Numbered from the stretch's first letter, positions 10,854 to 20,630 are shown. The stretch is 64,000 nucleotides of DNA from Candidatus Buchananbacteria bacterium (GCA_041664165.1 JBAYLH010000003.1:3247-67246); one strand, 5' to 3'. Numbers and translations are program-made. Notes: a model not told the origin generated them from the sequence alone.

Positions 10854-10960
10854 CTTTAAAAAATAAGTCTTAATTTACTTTAATTATACTAAAAAATCCA
10901 CCTTAAAGCAAAAGCTGGCCACTTGAAACGGCCAGCTTTTTTAAATTCGAATGATTTTGC

Positions 10961-11533
10961 TTATTGAGCGGCCGGAGCTGTGGGTTCTGGCGTCGGCTGA
11001 TTTTGTTTTTTCAGATAATCGGTAATCGCCTGAACCACCCGAGAATCATTTTTCAAATCCTCAATTAAAACTACATGCTCCCGGTTGATTTTCATTTCAT
11101 CAAGCGGCCCATGGATTTCATTGCCCATCTTGATTAAAGTCAGCCTTTGCTCCGGCTGAGTCTGAACGTCTGCCGGCTGGCCGATCGTATCCTGCAAATT
11201 CACCACTTGGAGATAATAAATATTTTTTAAAATGACGAAATCTTTATTAATTTTGGCTACTTTGCCGAAATAAACTTGACCATTGGCCAGAAAAACTGCC
11301 TGCCATTCGGCTTTCGATGAAGCTAGCCCGGGAATTAAACTGCCGCCGACGCCGGTGTAGCTGGCGATCAGATAAATACCGCCGCCGATAATAATCAAAA
11401 CAACGATCAGAGTGACTAAACCTTTCAGCCAAGATTTTTTGCCGCCTGATTTTTTTTCCGTACCGGCAACTCCTAAACTACCGCCGGGCAGACCCGGAGT
11501 TTTAGAGTTATGGTTGATCATTGGATATGCCAT
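10961..11533 (-). CDS. Conserved CPR membrane-anchored hypothetical protein
   Basis: TM followed by WQAVFLANGQVYFG...L.K.GNEIHGP.D.M.IN motif. Confidence 0.75.
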   Translation of the reverse strand: MAYPMINHNSKTPGLPGGSLGVAGTEKKSGGKKSWLKGLVTLIVVLIIIGGGIYLIASYTGVGGSLIPGLASSKAEWQAVFLANGQVYFGKVAKINKDFVILKNIYYLQVVNLQDTIGQPADVQTQPEQRLTLIKMGNEIHGPLDEMKINREHVVLIEDLKNDSRVVQAITDYLKKQNQPTPEPTAPAAQ

Positions 11534-11595
11534 AATTATTAACCTCCAAGACTTAGAAATTTTTTCTTTCGTCTGATAAATTATTTATTTATTAT

Positions 11596-12684
11596 TTAAG
11601 TTAGTTTATTATTCGAATTCTGCTTGGCCGCTAGCGGTTTGCCATTTTTTAATCCCGAATTGCTAAAAATATCTTTAATAATGACGCTGATAACAATTGT
11701 AATTGGGATAACCAAAATTATTCCTACGATGCCGGCAATTTTAGCACCAATTAACATGACGATAATCGTCACAATCGGATTTATTCCAACCTGCCTTTTC
11801 ATTACTTGAGGCACAATCACATTATTCTCCAATTGCTGAATCACAATATATAGGATTAAAACGCCAATCCCCCGCCAAATTGAAAAGTCCGGAACCGTAA
11901 AACCTAAAAAAACAGCGGGAATCGCTCCCAGGATTGGACCAACATAAGGAATGATTTCAGTAACACCGGCAACCAAAGCTAAAACTAAGGCATACTTTGG
12001 TAAAAAATAAAGCAAGCCGACAAAAGACAAAAAACCAATAATAAAACTGAGAATCAACTGCCCCCTGGCCCAGTCACCAACCTTTTTGGCGACAACCGAA
12101 AAAACGCCAACTAAATAATCATGATAACGGCTCGGCGCAATCACTTGAAAAAAGTCATGAACTAGATTTTTTTCAATCAACAAATAAAAAGTGATAACCA
12201 AAATAAAAATTAAATTAATTAAATTACTAAAAAGATAAACTGTAACTGAATATAAGCCAGAAGCGGCTCGCTGTAAGCCAGCTTGCCAAACCTGTAAATT
12301 TTGCTGAATATTGCTAACAAAATTCTGCTCCTGGGCATACTGGCTAAAACTACTGAAATTTTCCGCCATTTTTTCCCAAAGATAAGGAAAATTAACCGTC
12401 AATAATGACACTTGTTCGGCAATCGGCGGAATTATCAATCGAACTGCTAAAACTATGAACAAAAGCAAAATAACATAAACTAAAACAACCCCTAAAAATC
12501 GGGGTACTCGATATTTCTCTAAAAAGCTGACAACTGGTTCAATCAAAGCGGCGAAAATAATCGCCAAAAAAACCATCAAAATAATATCGCGGATGAAATA
12601 GGCGAAAAACAAAAGCAGCAAAATTCCGACAACTTTCAAAATTGTAACCGTCGAAATATTAATTGTCAGATTTTTGTTTTCCAT
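11596..12684 (-). CDS. AI-2E (UPF0118) family transporter
   Basis: Multi-TM; IPYVGP, QQLENNVIVP motifs. Confidence 0.92.
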   Translation of the reverse strand: MENKNLTINISTVTILKVVGILLLLFFAYFIRDIILMVFLAIIFAALIEPVVSFLEKYRVPRFLGVVLVYVILLLFIVLAVRLIIPPIAEQVSLLTVNFPYLWEKMAENFSSFSQYAQEQNFVSNIQQNLQVWQAGLQRAASGLYSVTVYLFSNLINLIFILVITFYLLIEKNLVHDFFQVIAPSRYHDYLVGVFSVVAKKVGDWARGQLILSFIIGFLSFVGLLYFLPKYALVLALVAGVTEIIPYVGPILGAIPAVFLGFTVPDFSIWRGIGVLILYIVIQQLENNVIVPQVMKRQVGINPIVTIIVMLIGAKIAGIVGIILVIPITIVISVIIKDIFSNSGLKNGKPLAAKQNSNNKLT

Positions 12685-12846
12685 AAATTTTGCCTCCTTA
12701 AACTGCTTAAATTATACTAAATATAAACTTAGACTGTCAATAAAGAAGTATTTGACTCCGGAGTTTTTTCTGAAGTTGTGCGGTGCATTCTTTTTGCCTC
12801 GCTCGCTCAAAAATATGCTATACTATTTACGGGCTAAAGCCGCTAT

Positions 12847-13299
12847 ATGCCAACGCTGTCAACCAATAAAAAAGCTTTAAGCGATTATCAGGTTCTAGAA
12901 AAACTGGAAGCGGGAATTGTTTTGTCAGGCGCGGAAGTAAAATCAGTCAAAAACGGCCAAATCAACCTCAAAGGCAGCTATGTTACGATTAATAACCAGG
13001 GCGAAGCCTGGTTAATCGGCGCCCATATTTCCGCTTATAAAGCCGCCAGCGCCGGCCGAGCGACTTATCAGCCAGACAAAAGCCGCAAGCTTTTACTACA
13101 CCAAAAAGAAATTGATTACCTTTTAGGCAAAACCAAAGAAAAAGGCTTGACAATTATGCCTATTTCTGTATATACTAAAGGCAGTCTGATAAAACTCAAC
13201 ATCAGTTTAGTTAGGGGCAAAAAGCTCTACGACAAGCGGGAAAGCATTAAAAAGCGCGAAATAGACCGCCAAATCCGCCAAAAATTGAAAAGATTCTAG
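12847..13299 (+). CDS. smpB: SsrA-binding protein
   Basis: NKKA, EAGIVLSGAEVKS, RKLLLH, GKKLYDKRE; directly upstream of tmRNA. Confidence 0.97.
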   Translation: MPTLSTNKKALSDYQVLEKLEAGIVLSGAEVKSVKNGQINLKGSYVTINNQGEAWLIGAHISAYKAASAGRATYQPDKSRKLLLHQKEIDYLLGKTKEKGLTIMPISVYTKGSLIKLNISLVRGKKLYDKRESIKKREIDRQIRQKLKRF

Positions 13300-13386
13300 A
13301 TCCGAAGCTCTAAATCCGAAACCAACTATTTTCGAATTTAAAGTTTGGGATTTCCCCAAAATTTGCCAGCCAAATTTTGGGGCCAA

Positions 13387-13839
13387 GGGGATGTTTAAAA
13401 ATCGATAGAATCCAAATTTAAAGTTCTCAGATCAAGCATTGAAAATTTGGCTTGTTAATCTCAAATTTTCACCATGATAAGTGCCAAATCACTTGTCGCT
13501 CGAGTAAAAAGTGCTTTCAGTACTTTTGCTCTAGCACCCGTAATGGCCTAAAACCCATTACCATCAGCCCGGCGATACCTAATAACCGGTCACCCGCTTC
13601 GACTCGCGTCGAACTAGGTGCGCCCGCTAAGTCCTAACCGATGAAGCGAGGCGAGCTGGTGTCATAAATTAGGCACGGCAAATTAGTGTCTCACTGACTT
13701 GCTTAAACACCCGAGACTTTGGTTTTAAAGACTTTTGTTAATTTTATACTTTAAAACCGAAACAAAAAAATTGACTACACCTGTAAACCAACTTTGAATT
13801 TCTTTCTAGACAGGGGTGCAATTCCCCTCATCTCCACCA
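13387..13839 (+). ncRNA. ssrA: tmRNA (453 nt); tag frame 13483-13551 encodes AKSLVARVKSAFSTFALAPVMA
   Basis: 5' GGGGATG pairs with 3' CATCTCC-ACCA (G3-U pair); T-arm AGGGGTGCAATTCCCCT; resume context ATAAGT-GCC; pseudoknot CCTAAT/ATTAGG; follows smpB. Confidence 0.93.
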
Positions 13840-14077
13840 TTCGACTCGGCTGCCTTCGGCAGCCTCGCTCATGGTCTTTGACCACTTGAAGCCGGCTGAG
13901 TCGAATGGTGCCCCAAGCGACTCTGACCTAGATAAAAAATCGTTTATACTAAAAAATATAACATCTAGATGCCCGCCGAAGAGAGCTACAAATAAAGAGG
14001 CGACCAAAAATAAAAAAAATCTTATTAAATACAAACAGCTAACAAAATTAATAATTAAAAATTAATCAACAAAATCC

Positions 14078-14629
14078 GTGAGAATTTCCCGAAGAAAACC
14101 AAATTATCATCAAAAAGCAAGCTATCGCTACAAAACAAATCAATTCATCAAATCGCCACAACTAAGATTAATTGACGAAGACGGCCAGAACCTTGGCGTT
14201 ATGGATACCGTCGACGCCGTCGCTTTGGCTCAAGAACGCGGCTTGGACTTAGTTGAAGTTTCACCGCTCGCCAATCCGCCGGTGGCAAAAATCACTAATT
14301 ACAGCAAATTAAAATACCAGGAAGAAAAAGAACGGCGCAAAGAAAAGGCCAAACAAAAAAAAGTTGAAGTCAAAGGCATTAGATTGTCTTTGCGAATCAG
14401 CGAACATGATATTGAAATCCGGGTCAATCAGGCAATCAAATTTTTAAACCAAGACGACAAAGTAAAACTGGAACTATTGCTGAAAGGTCGGGAACAGCAG
14501 CATGTTAATTTAGCCCGAGACATAATCAATCAATTCATCAAATCAGTTGACTCAGTCGTGCCCGCCCAGATCGAACAGCCATTGAACCGGCAAGGCGGAA
14601 AACTTTTCGTGATTATTGCCAAAAAATAA
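14078..14629 (+). CDS. infC: Translation initiation factor IF-3
   Basis: LDLVEVSP.A.PPVAKI, KGRE motifs; infC-rpmI-rplT order. Confidence 0.96.
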   Translation: MRISRRKPNYHQKASYRYKTNQFIKSPQLRLIDEDGQNLGVMDTVDAVALAQERGLDLVEVSPLANPPVAKITNYSKLKYQEEKERRKEKAKQKKVEVKGIRLSLRISEHDIEIRVNQAIKFLNQDDKVKLELLLKGREQQHVNLARDIINQFIKSVDSVVPAQIEQPLNRQGGKLFVIIAKK

Positions 14630-14727
14630 TTTTTGCAATTTTTGCAGCTCAAGCTGTTTTTTAATTAACGCGATACTAATCTACCAATTCATACGAATTT
14701 ACTAATATTCGTAGATTAGTATAATTC

Positions 14728-14760
14728 GCTCACCTCGCTTCGCTCCGGCGAAGCGGGCAG
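14728..14760. repeat. GC-rich palindromic element (CCCGCTTCG...GAAGCGAGG family), nested in ATTCGTAG-type short repeats
   Basis: Reverse complement matches the ends of the insert inside tmRNA (13591-13656). Confidence 0.65.
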
Positions 14761-14776
14761 ATTAGCATTATACTCT

Positions 14777-14989
14777 ATGAAACTGAAAACTCACCAAGCC
14801 ACCGCCAAAAAAATTAAAATTACTAACGGTAAAAAAGGCCAGGGCGGCAAAAAATATTTTACCCGCCATGCCGGCCAAGATCATTTTAATGCCCGAGAAA
14901 CCGGCAATACCACCCGACACAAAAGAAAAGACACCCAAGTCAATCACGTCGATTTAAAAACAATCAAAAAAGCCTTACCTTATTCCTAA
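14777..14989 (+). CDS. rpmI: 50S ribosomal protein L35
   Basis: MKLKTH...KK N-terminus, LPY C-terminus, operon position. Confidence 0.92.
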   Translation: MKLKTHQATAKKIKITNGKKGQGGKKYFTRHAGQDHFNARETGNTTRHKRKDTQVNHVDLKTIKKALPYS

Positions 14990-15023
14990 TTTTTCTTATT
15001 TCTTATTACTTATTACTTAATCT

Positions 15024-15371
15024 ATGCCTAGAGTTAAAAGAGGAAAAGCTCATGTTGCCAGACGAAAAAGACTTTTAGCCAAAACTAAAGGTTACCGCTG
15101 GAGCCGAAAAAGCAGCATCAAGGCCGCGAAAACCGCCATCCGTAAAGCCGGAGTTCACGCCTATACCGATCGCAAGAAAAAAAAACGGGTCAACCGCGCT
15201 TTGTGGCAGATTCAAATTAACGCTGCCAGCCGAAGCAATGGTTTAAGCTATTCAAAATTTATTAATTTGCTAAAAGTTAATAAAATCGAATTAGACCGGA
15301 AAGTCCTGGCCGAACTGGCCGGAAAAAATCCGAAAGCTTTTGCCGTCATGGTCGGCCAAATCAAAAAATAA
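15024..15371 (+). CDS. rplT: 50S ribosomal protein L20
   Basis: MPRVKRG, RALWQIQINAA, LDRKVLAELA. Confidence 0.97.
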   Translation: MPRVKRGKAHVARRKRLLAKTKGYRWSRKSSIKAAKTAIRKAGVHAYTDRKKKKRVNRALWQIQINAASRSNGLSYSKFINLLKVNKIELDRKVLAELAGKNPKAFAVMVGQIKK

Positions 15372-15413
15372 TTAGCAATTAAAAAAACTAAATACACAAA
15401 AAAGTTCCAAAGC

Positions 15414-15487
15414 GGAGGCGTAGCTCAGTTGGTTAGAGCGTCTGCCTGTCACGCAGAAGGTCGTGGGTTCGAGCCCCATCGTCTCCG
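15414..15487 (+). tRNA. tRNA-Asp(GTC), CCA not encoded
   Basis: Full cloverleaf: GGAGGCG/CGTCTCC acceptor stem, TCTGC-CTGTCAC-GCAGA anticodon arm, GTTCGAG T-loop. Confidence 0.96.
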
Positions 15488-15511
15488 CTTTGGAACTTTT
15501 TTAATTCTTAT

Positions 15512-15754
15512 AAGGGCGAAGGCTCAGTTGGTTAGAGCGTCTGCCTGCGCGCCCCGCTTCAATTCAAATAACTAAACTAATCTTTAAAAAATTTGCGAGC
15601 CACAGGCGACTCCGCGCCAGCTAAAAAAATCTTTCGCCAAAAGCACATCGCGAAATTGAGGCGGGGTCACGCAGACCCGCCCGAACAACGGTGATATATT
15701 TAAGTCGTTCAGTCGGGCGGGAGGTCGAGGGTTAGAATCCCATCGTCCCCGCCA
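15512..15754 (+). pseudogene. Degenerate tRNA-Asp copy interrupted by two palindromic insertions (15548-15666, 15676-15721)
   Basis: Segments 15522-15547, 15667-15675 and 15722-15754 join into a tRNA-Asp; 5' acceptor strand and T-loop are mutated. Confidence 0.85.
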
Positions 15755-15891
15755 GATGTCCAAGTTTGAACCCAAATAAAATAAGGGTTTTATACGATTG
15801 AAAAGCCGGTATCCGAACAAGATGCCGGTTTTTTAAACGCTTATCAATAGTTAAGAAAGCTGGTATAATATAAGTAATATAAAATAAACCT

Positions 15892-17691
15892 ATGGATATT
15901 AAATTCAAGGAAAAAATAATCAAGCTTTTCAGAAATGACGCTCGTTTTTGGGATACGGAAAAAGAAGAGCTTAATCAAACTTTACTAAAAGATGCAGTAG
16001 ACAAGTTTGGCGAAAAAGTTATAGAAACTCTTTTGGCTGACTCAGAAGCCAAAAAACAATTTTTTGTAAAAGTTAAAGATGCTTATATTTTTAAACCAAA
16101 TGATTTTAAGTTTTTTCTTGATGAAAACAAACTTGATAATTCATATACTCAACTAGCTAATAAAATCGGACTTGCCACGGAAGAAATTTCCAGCGAAAAG
16201 GTGGTTTTGAATTGGCCGTTTAAGGATTGCGTGCTTGAAGGTGGAATGACCAAGGAAGATGCGATGGATGTTTACTTCAAATATGACACTAAAATCGGTG
16301 AATGGAAAGAAGAAAAAGCCAAAAGAAAAGAAATATTTTTTAATGAGGTATTGGCTCGCGACGAAATAGACAGACTAGAAGAACCGAAAACTTTCTATAA
16401 ATGGAAAAGATTTACAGAAAAGAATTATCAAAAAGGTGAAGATGTTAAAGAAATAAAAAGAGATAAAGACGGAAACATAAAAGAAAATCTTGTTATTAAA
16501 GGCAATAATTTACTCGCCTTGTATTCTCTAAAAGAACAATTTGAAGGAAAAATTAAATTAATTTATATTGACCCTCCTTATAATACTGGCAGCGATAGTT
16601 TTTCTTATAATGATAATTTTAACCATTCTTCTTGGTTAACATTTATGAAGAATAGGTTGCAAGTCGCAAGAAATTTACTTGCAGACGACGGGCTTATTTT
16701 TGTTCAGATAGGACACAATGAACAGGCTTATTTGAGAGTTTTAATGGATGAAGTTTTTAGCCGGGCCAGATTTGTTAATGAAATTACTTGGAAAAAATAT
16801 AGTGGTGTAAAAAATCAAGCAAGCAAAAAGCTTACAACTCAACAAGAAACGATATTCTTATACTCAAAAACTGAGAATTATTCAATTAACATGGTTTATA
16901 ATGAGTTATCTGAAAAATATGTTAAAGATGAATATAAATATATTGATGAAAATGGAAGAAGGTATGCGAAATTAAGAGGTAGAGGATATCAGGGTGGAGG
17001 CAAAGGAACAAAAATAAAATATTTAGATGAAAATTTAGGATCCCCAATAACAACTTTATGGGACGAAGATTTTTTGCAAATCAGCACATCATCTTCAGAA
17101 AAAATTGCAGATTTTGTCGGGCAAAAACCAGAGTCCTTGTTAAAGAGAATAATAGAATTAACAACTAATCCCGGAGATGTGGTTCTAGATTATCATGCCG
17201 GCACGGGAACAACTTGTGCGGTTGCCCATAAAATAGGACGTCAATGGATTGGTGTGGAACAATTGGATTATTCAGAAAATAATCCTGAGGAAAGAATGAG
17301 AGGTGTGATTGCTGGTGATAAAAACGGAATTTCCAAAGGGGTAAATTGGAAAGGTGGCGGTGATTTTATTTATATTCAACTCGCAAAATGGAACGAGGAG
17401 GCAAAAGAGAAAATTGCTGAAGTAAAGTCATATGACGAACTAACAAAACTTTTTGCCAATTTGTATGAAAAATATTTTCTTAACTACAACGTCAAGGCAA
17501 AAGATTTTAAAGAAAATGATATAAAAAGTGAGGAATTTAAAAAAATATCTTTGTCTGAGCAAAAAAAGATGGTCGCCCGCATGCTTGATCTCAATCAGAT
17601 GTATATAAACTTTAGCGAGAGGAAAGATAAAAAGTACAACCTTTTAAAAGATGATATTGCTTTGAGTGAGGAGTTTTATGATAAGAAATAG
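15892..17691 (+). CDS. mod: Type III R-M system methyltransferase (Mod), beta-class amino-MTase
   Basis: IYIDPPYNTG (motif IV) before DYHAGTGTT (motif I); QKPE; 2 bp upstream of Res-like gene. Confidence 0.92.
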   Translation: MDIKFKEKIIKLFRNDARFWDTEKEELNQTLLKDAVDKFGEKVIETLLADSEAKKQFFVKVKDAYIFKPNDFKFFLDENKLDNSYTQLANKIGLATEEISSEKVVLNWPFKDCVLEGGMTKEDAMDVYFKYDTKIGEWKEEKAKRKEIFFNEVLARDEIDRLEEPKTFYKWKRFTEKNYQKGEDVKEIKRDKDGNIKENLVIKGNNLLALYSLKEQFEGKIKLIYIDPPYNTGSDSFSYNDNFNHSSWLTFMKNRLQVARNLLADDGLIFVQIGHNEQAYLRVLMDEVFSRARFVNEITWKKYSGVKNQASKKLTTQQETIFLYSKTENYSINMVYNELSEKYVKDEYKYIDENGRRYAKLRGRGYQGGGKGTKIKYLDENLGSPITTLWDEDFLQISTSSSEKIADFVGQKPESLLKRIIELTTNPGDVVLDYHAGTGTTCAVAHKIGRQWIGVEQLDYSENNPEERMRGVIAGDKNGISKGVNWKGGGDFIYIQLAKWNEEAKEKIAEVKSYDELTKLFANLYEKYFLNYNVKAKDFKENDIKSEEFKKISLSEQKKMVARMLDLNQMYINFSERKDKKYNLLKDDIALSEEFYDKK

Positions 17692-17693
17692 TT

Positions 17694-20462
17694 ATGCCTG
17701 AAAAATATCTTTACGAAGAATTAAAAGAAAAGGCTTTTGATTATGGTATCTCAAAATCGCAGATACCTGATTTTATTGTTGATAATTTGAAGTATCCTTT
17801 ATTTGCTTGGCAAAAAAATGCCATAGAAAATTTTTTAACTTATGAGGAAATTAGAAAAGAAGAAGGTGGTTTGAAGCCACTGCATTTAATGTTTAATATG
17901 GCTACGGGTACTGGAAAAACATTGGTTATGGCGGCCCTGATCTTGTATTTTTATAAAAAAGGGTATAAGAATTTTATATTTTTTGTAAATCAAAACAATA
18001 TTGTTGATAAAACAGAAAATAATTTTATTAACAAAAGCCATAGCAAATATCAATTTAAACAGAATATTGTCATAGATAATAAAACAGTGCAAATAAAAAA
18101 AGTTGATACTTTTTTATCGAAATCGGAAGATATTCAAATAAAGTTTACTTCTATTCACAAACTCCATAATGCCGTATATTTAGCAAAAGAAAACTCTGTT
18201 TTTTTGGAGGAGTTGCAACGACAAGATTTAATTATGTTGGGAGATGAAGCTCATCATTTTAATGCTACTACTAAGAAGAATAAACCCGTCCAGTTAAGCT
18301 TATCCGGTGAATTGTCGGAGAGCGCAAGTCAGGAAGAAATTGAAAAGAGTTGGGAAGATACAGCTATTAATAAAATTTTAAAAAGGGGCAATAATAATAA
18401 AAATAAGCAAAATAATAACGCCCTTTTGGAGTTTACGGCGACAATACCGAGAGATCAGAGTGTAGACGATAAATATAGAGATAAAATTATTTATAAGTTT
18501 ACTCTAGAAAGCTTTCTTGACGCTGGTTATACCAAAGAAATCAATCTGGTCTCTTCAACTCTTAATAAAAAAGAACGAATTTTGTCGGTTTTATTATTGA
18601 ATTGGTATCGGCATAGTATAGCAGTAAAAAATAACCTACCGAATTTTAAGCCGGTTATTTTGTTTAGAAGTAAAACAATTGAAGATTCTAGAAAAGATTT
18701 TGATGAATTTTTGGATATTGTAAAAAAGCTTTAAAAAGACGATTTTAATTTTTTAAACTCAATAGACAAAAATTTCTTTGAGGGTGGAAATTTGTTTGAT
18801 AAAGGGAAGAGTAAAATTTTGGCAATGACCAGATTTATCAAGAATGAAAATATTAAATTCCCTGAAATCATTAACTGGATAAAATATTCATTTGCGGATA
18901 GAAATTGTTTGATAACCAACTCAAAAGATAATAAGAAAAAAAATAAAGAAGAAACCGATGAAGATCAAGATAGATTGCTTAACAGCTTGGAAGATCAAGA
19001 TAATCATATACGAGCAATTTTTACTGTTAAAAGATTGACTGAAGGGTGGGATGTTTTAAACTTATTTGACATAGTTCGTCTTTATGAAGGCCGTGATGAG
19101 TGGCATGATAAAAAAACTGGCGAAAGGAATGCTGGGGATTCCACCATCTCAGAGATTCAGTTAATTGGTAGAGGCGTGCGATATTTCCCTTTTAAATACC
19201 AAGACAAAGAAGCAAATAAGAGAAAATTTGATAATGATTTAGACAATCCGATGCGAGTATTGGAAGAATTTGACTTTCATTGTTTTGACGATAATCGTGG
19301 ACACTTTATAGATGAGCTTAAGCGTGAATTGAAACGTAAGGGGTTTATAAAAGAAACTAAGGTTAGAAAAAAGTTTGAATTAAAAACAGATTTTAAGAAT
19401 TCTGAGTTTTATAAAACAGTTAAAATTTTTTTAAACCATAAAATTGAAAATGTTAACAAACGTAAAAACAGTCTCAAAGAAATAAGGAGTGGCTTGAATT
19501 TTGAATATAGGTTAAAAACTTTCTCAATTAAAGAAGAACAAGTTAAATTAGGGAACAAAGAAGATGCGACACTTTTGGAAACCATAGGTGATGAAATGAA
19601 AACTCTGACCGTGAAATTAAATAGTTTTGAAAAAAATATCGTATATAAAGCGCTGAATATACATGCGAAAAAAGATAACTCGCTATATCGTTTCGATCAT
19701 CTTGCTTCCGAGTTTGAAGTTGAAAGTATTGATGAATTATTCAAAGAGGACATTTTAGGTGATATAAAAATAAATCTGGTCACATCTTCCAGTGTAAAAA
19801 AATTAGATAATGTTAATCAAGGCGAAAAATTAGGTATCCTACTCGCTTTTTTTGAGAAGTTAGAGGCTGAATTAAAGACAGTAAGTAATCCATATCTCGG
19901 CACAGAATTTAATGGTGTAAAATTTTCTGAAATTTTTGGAGGTACAAAAGAAAAAGCCGTAGAAATAGATGAGGAGAGCGAAAGAATAGAAAAAGAGTTA
20001 AAAGAACAAGACTGGTATGTCCTTAGTGGTTTTAATGGTACAAGCGAAGAAAGGTGTTTAATTGATTTTTTGAAAGAAAAAATTGGTAATCTAAAATCAA
20101 AATACGAAGAAGTATATTTACTCAGAAATGAAGAGATATACAAAATTTATGATTTTGAAAGAGGACGCGGTTTTCAACCGGATTTCTTACTGTTTTTAAA
20201 ACGTAGTAAACAAAGATTATATTACCAAGTTTTCATTGAGCCAAAGGGTTCGCAGTTCGCTGATAGAAGTGGTATTTTTGTAGAAAGTAAAGAGGCATGG
20301 AAAGAAGATTTTTTGAAAGAAATTACTAGGAGATATTCTGAAAAAGAAGTACTAAAAATGGAAAATAATCAGTACAAACTCATTGGCTTACCACTGTTTA
20401 ATGAGAGAATAAAAACAGATTTTGACAATGAATTTAATAGGCAGGTTTTGGAAGCTATTTAA
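17694..20462 (+). pseudogene. res: Type III restriction helicase/endonuclease (Res) split by one in-frame TAA at 18732-18734
   Basis: MATGTGKT, DEAHH, EGWDV, QLIGRGVR, PDF...IEPKG; the two ORFs share a frame (offset 1098 nt) with only this stop between them. Confidence 0.88.
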
Positions 20463-20613
20463 TCGAATAATCCACCTCATTTTTGCCTTTAATTGACTTT
20501 GGCTTGGGTGTCTCAAACCATTCAGGATGAACTTTGAAGATACGCCTTAATTCCTGTATACTATTATCAATATCCTTGAATTTGAGCCACTTTTTCGGTT
20601 CAAAGTTGCGGGA

Positions 20614-20627
20614 CATCGTCTCCGCCA
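20614..20627 (+). mobile_element. Putative att site: duplicate of the tRNA-Asp 3' end (CATCGTCTCCGCCA) closing the R-M island
   Basis: 12/12 match to 15477-15488 and 13/14 match to 15741-15754. Confidence 0.75.
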
Positions 20628-20630
20628 TTC

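Noticed and set aside
13452-13637. 61-aa ORF
   Set aside because: Lies inside tmRNA in a different frame from the tag.
13940-14077. L20 leader RNA upstream of infC
   Set aside because: The position fits, but I could not identify the conserved structure by eye; needs an Infernal search.
15548-15666. Group I or archaeal-type tRNA intron
   Set aside because: Too short for a group I core, no evident bulge-helix-bulge, and the host tRNA copy has a broken acceptor stem and T-loop.
18720-18794. Programmed frameshift or homopolymer phase variation in res
   Set aside because: Both ORFs are in the same frame; the lesion is a nonsense codon.
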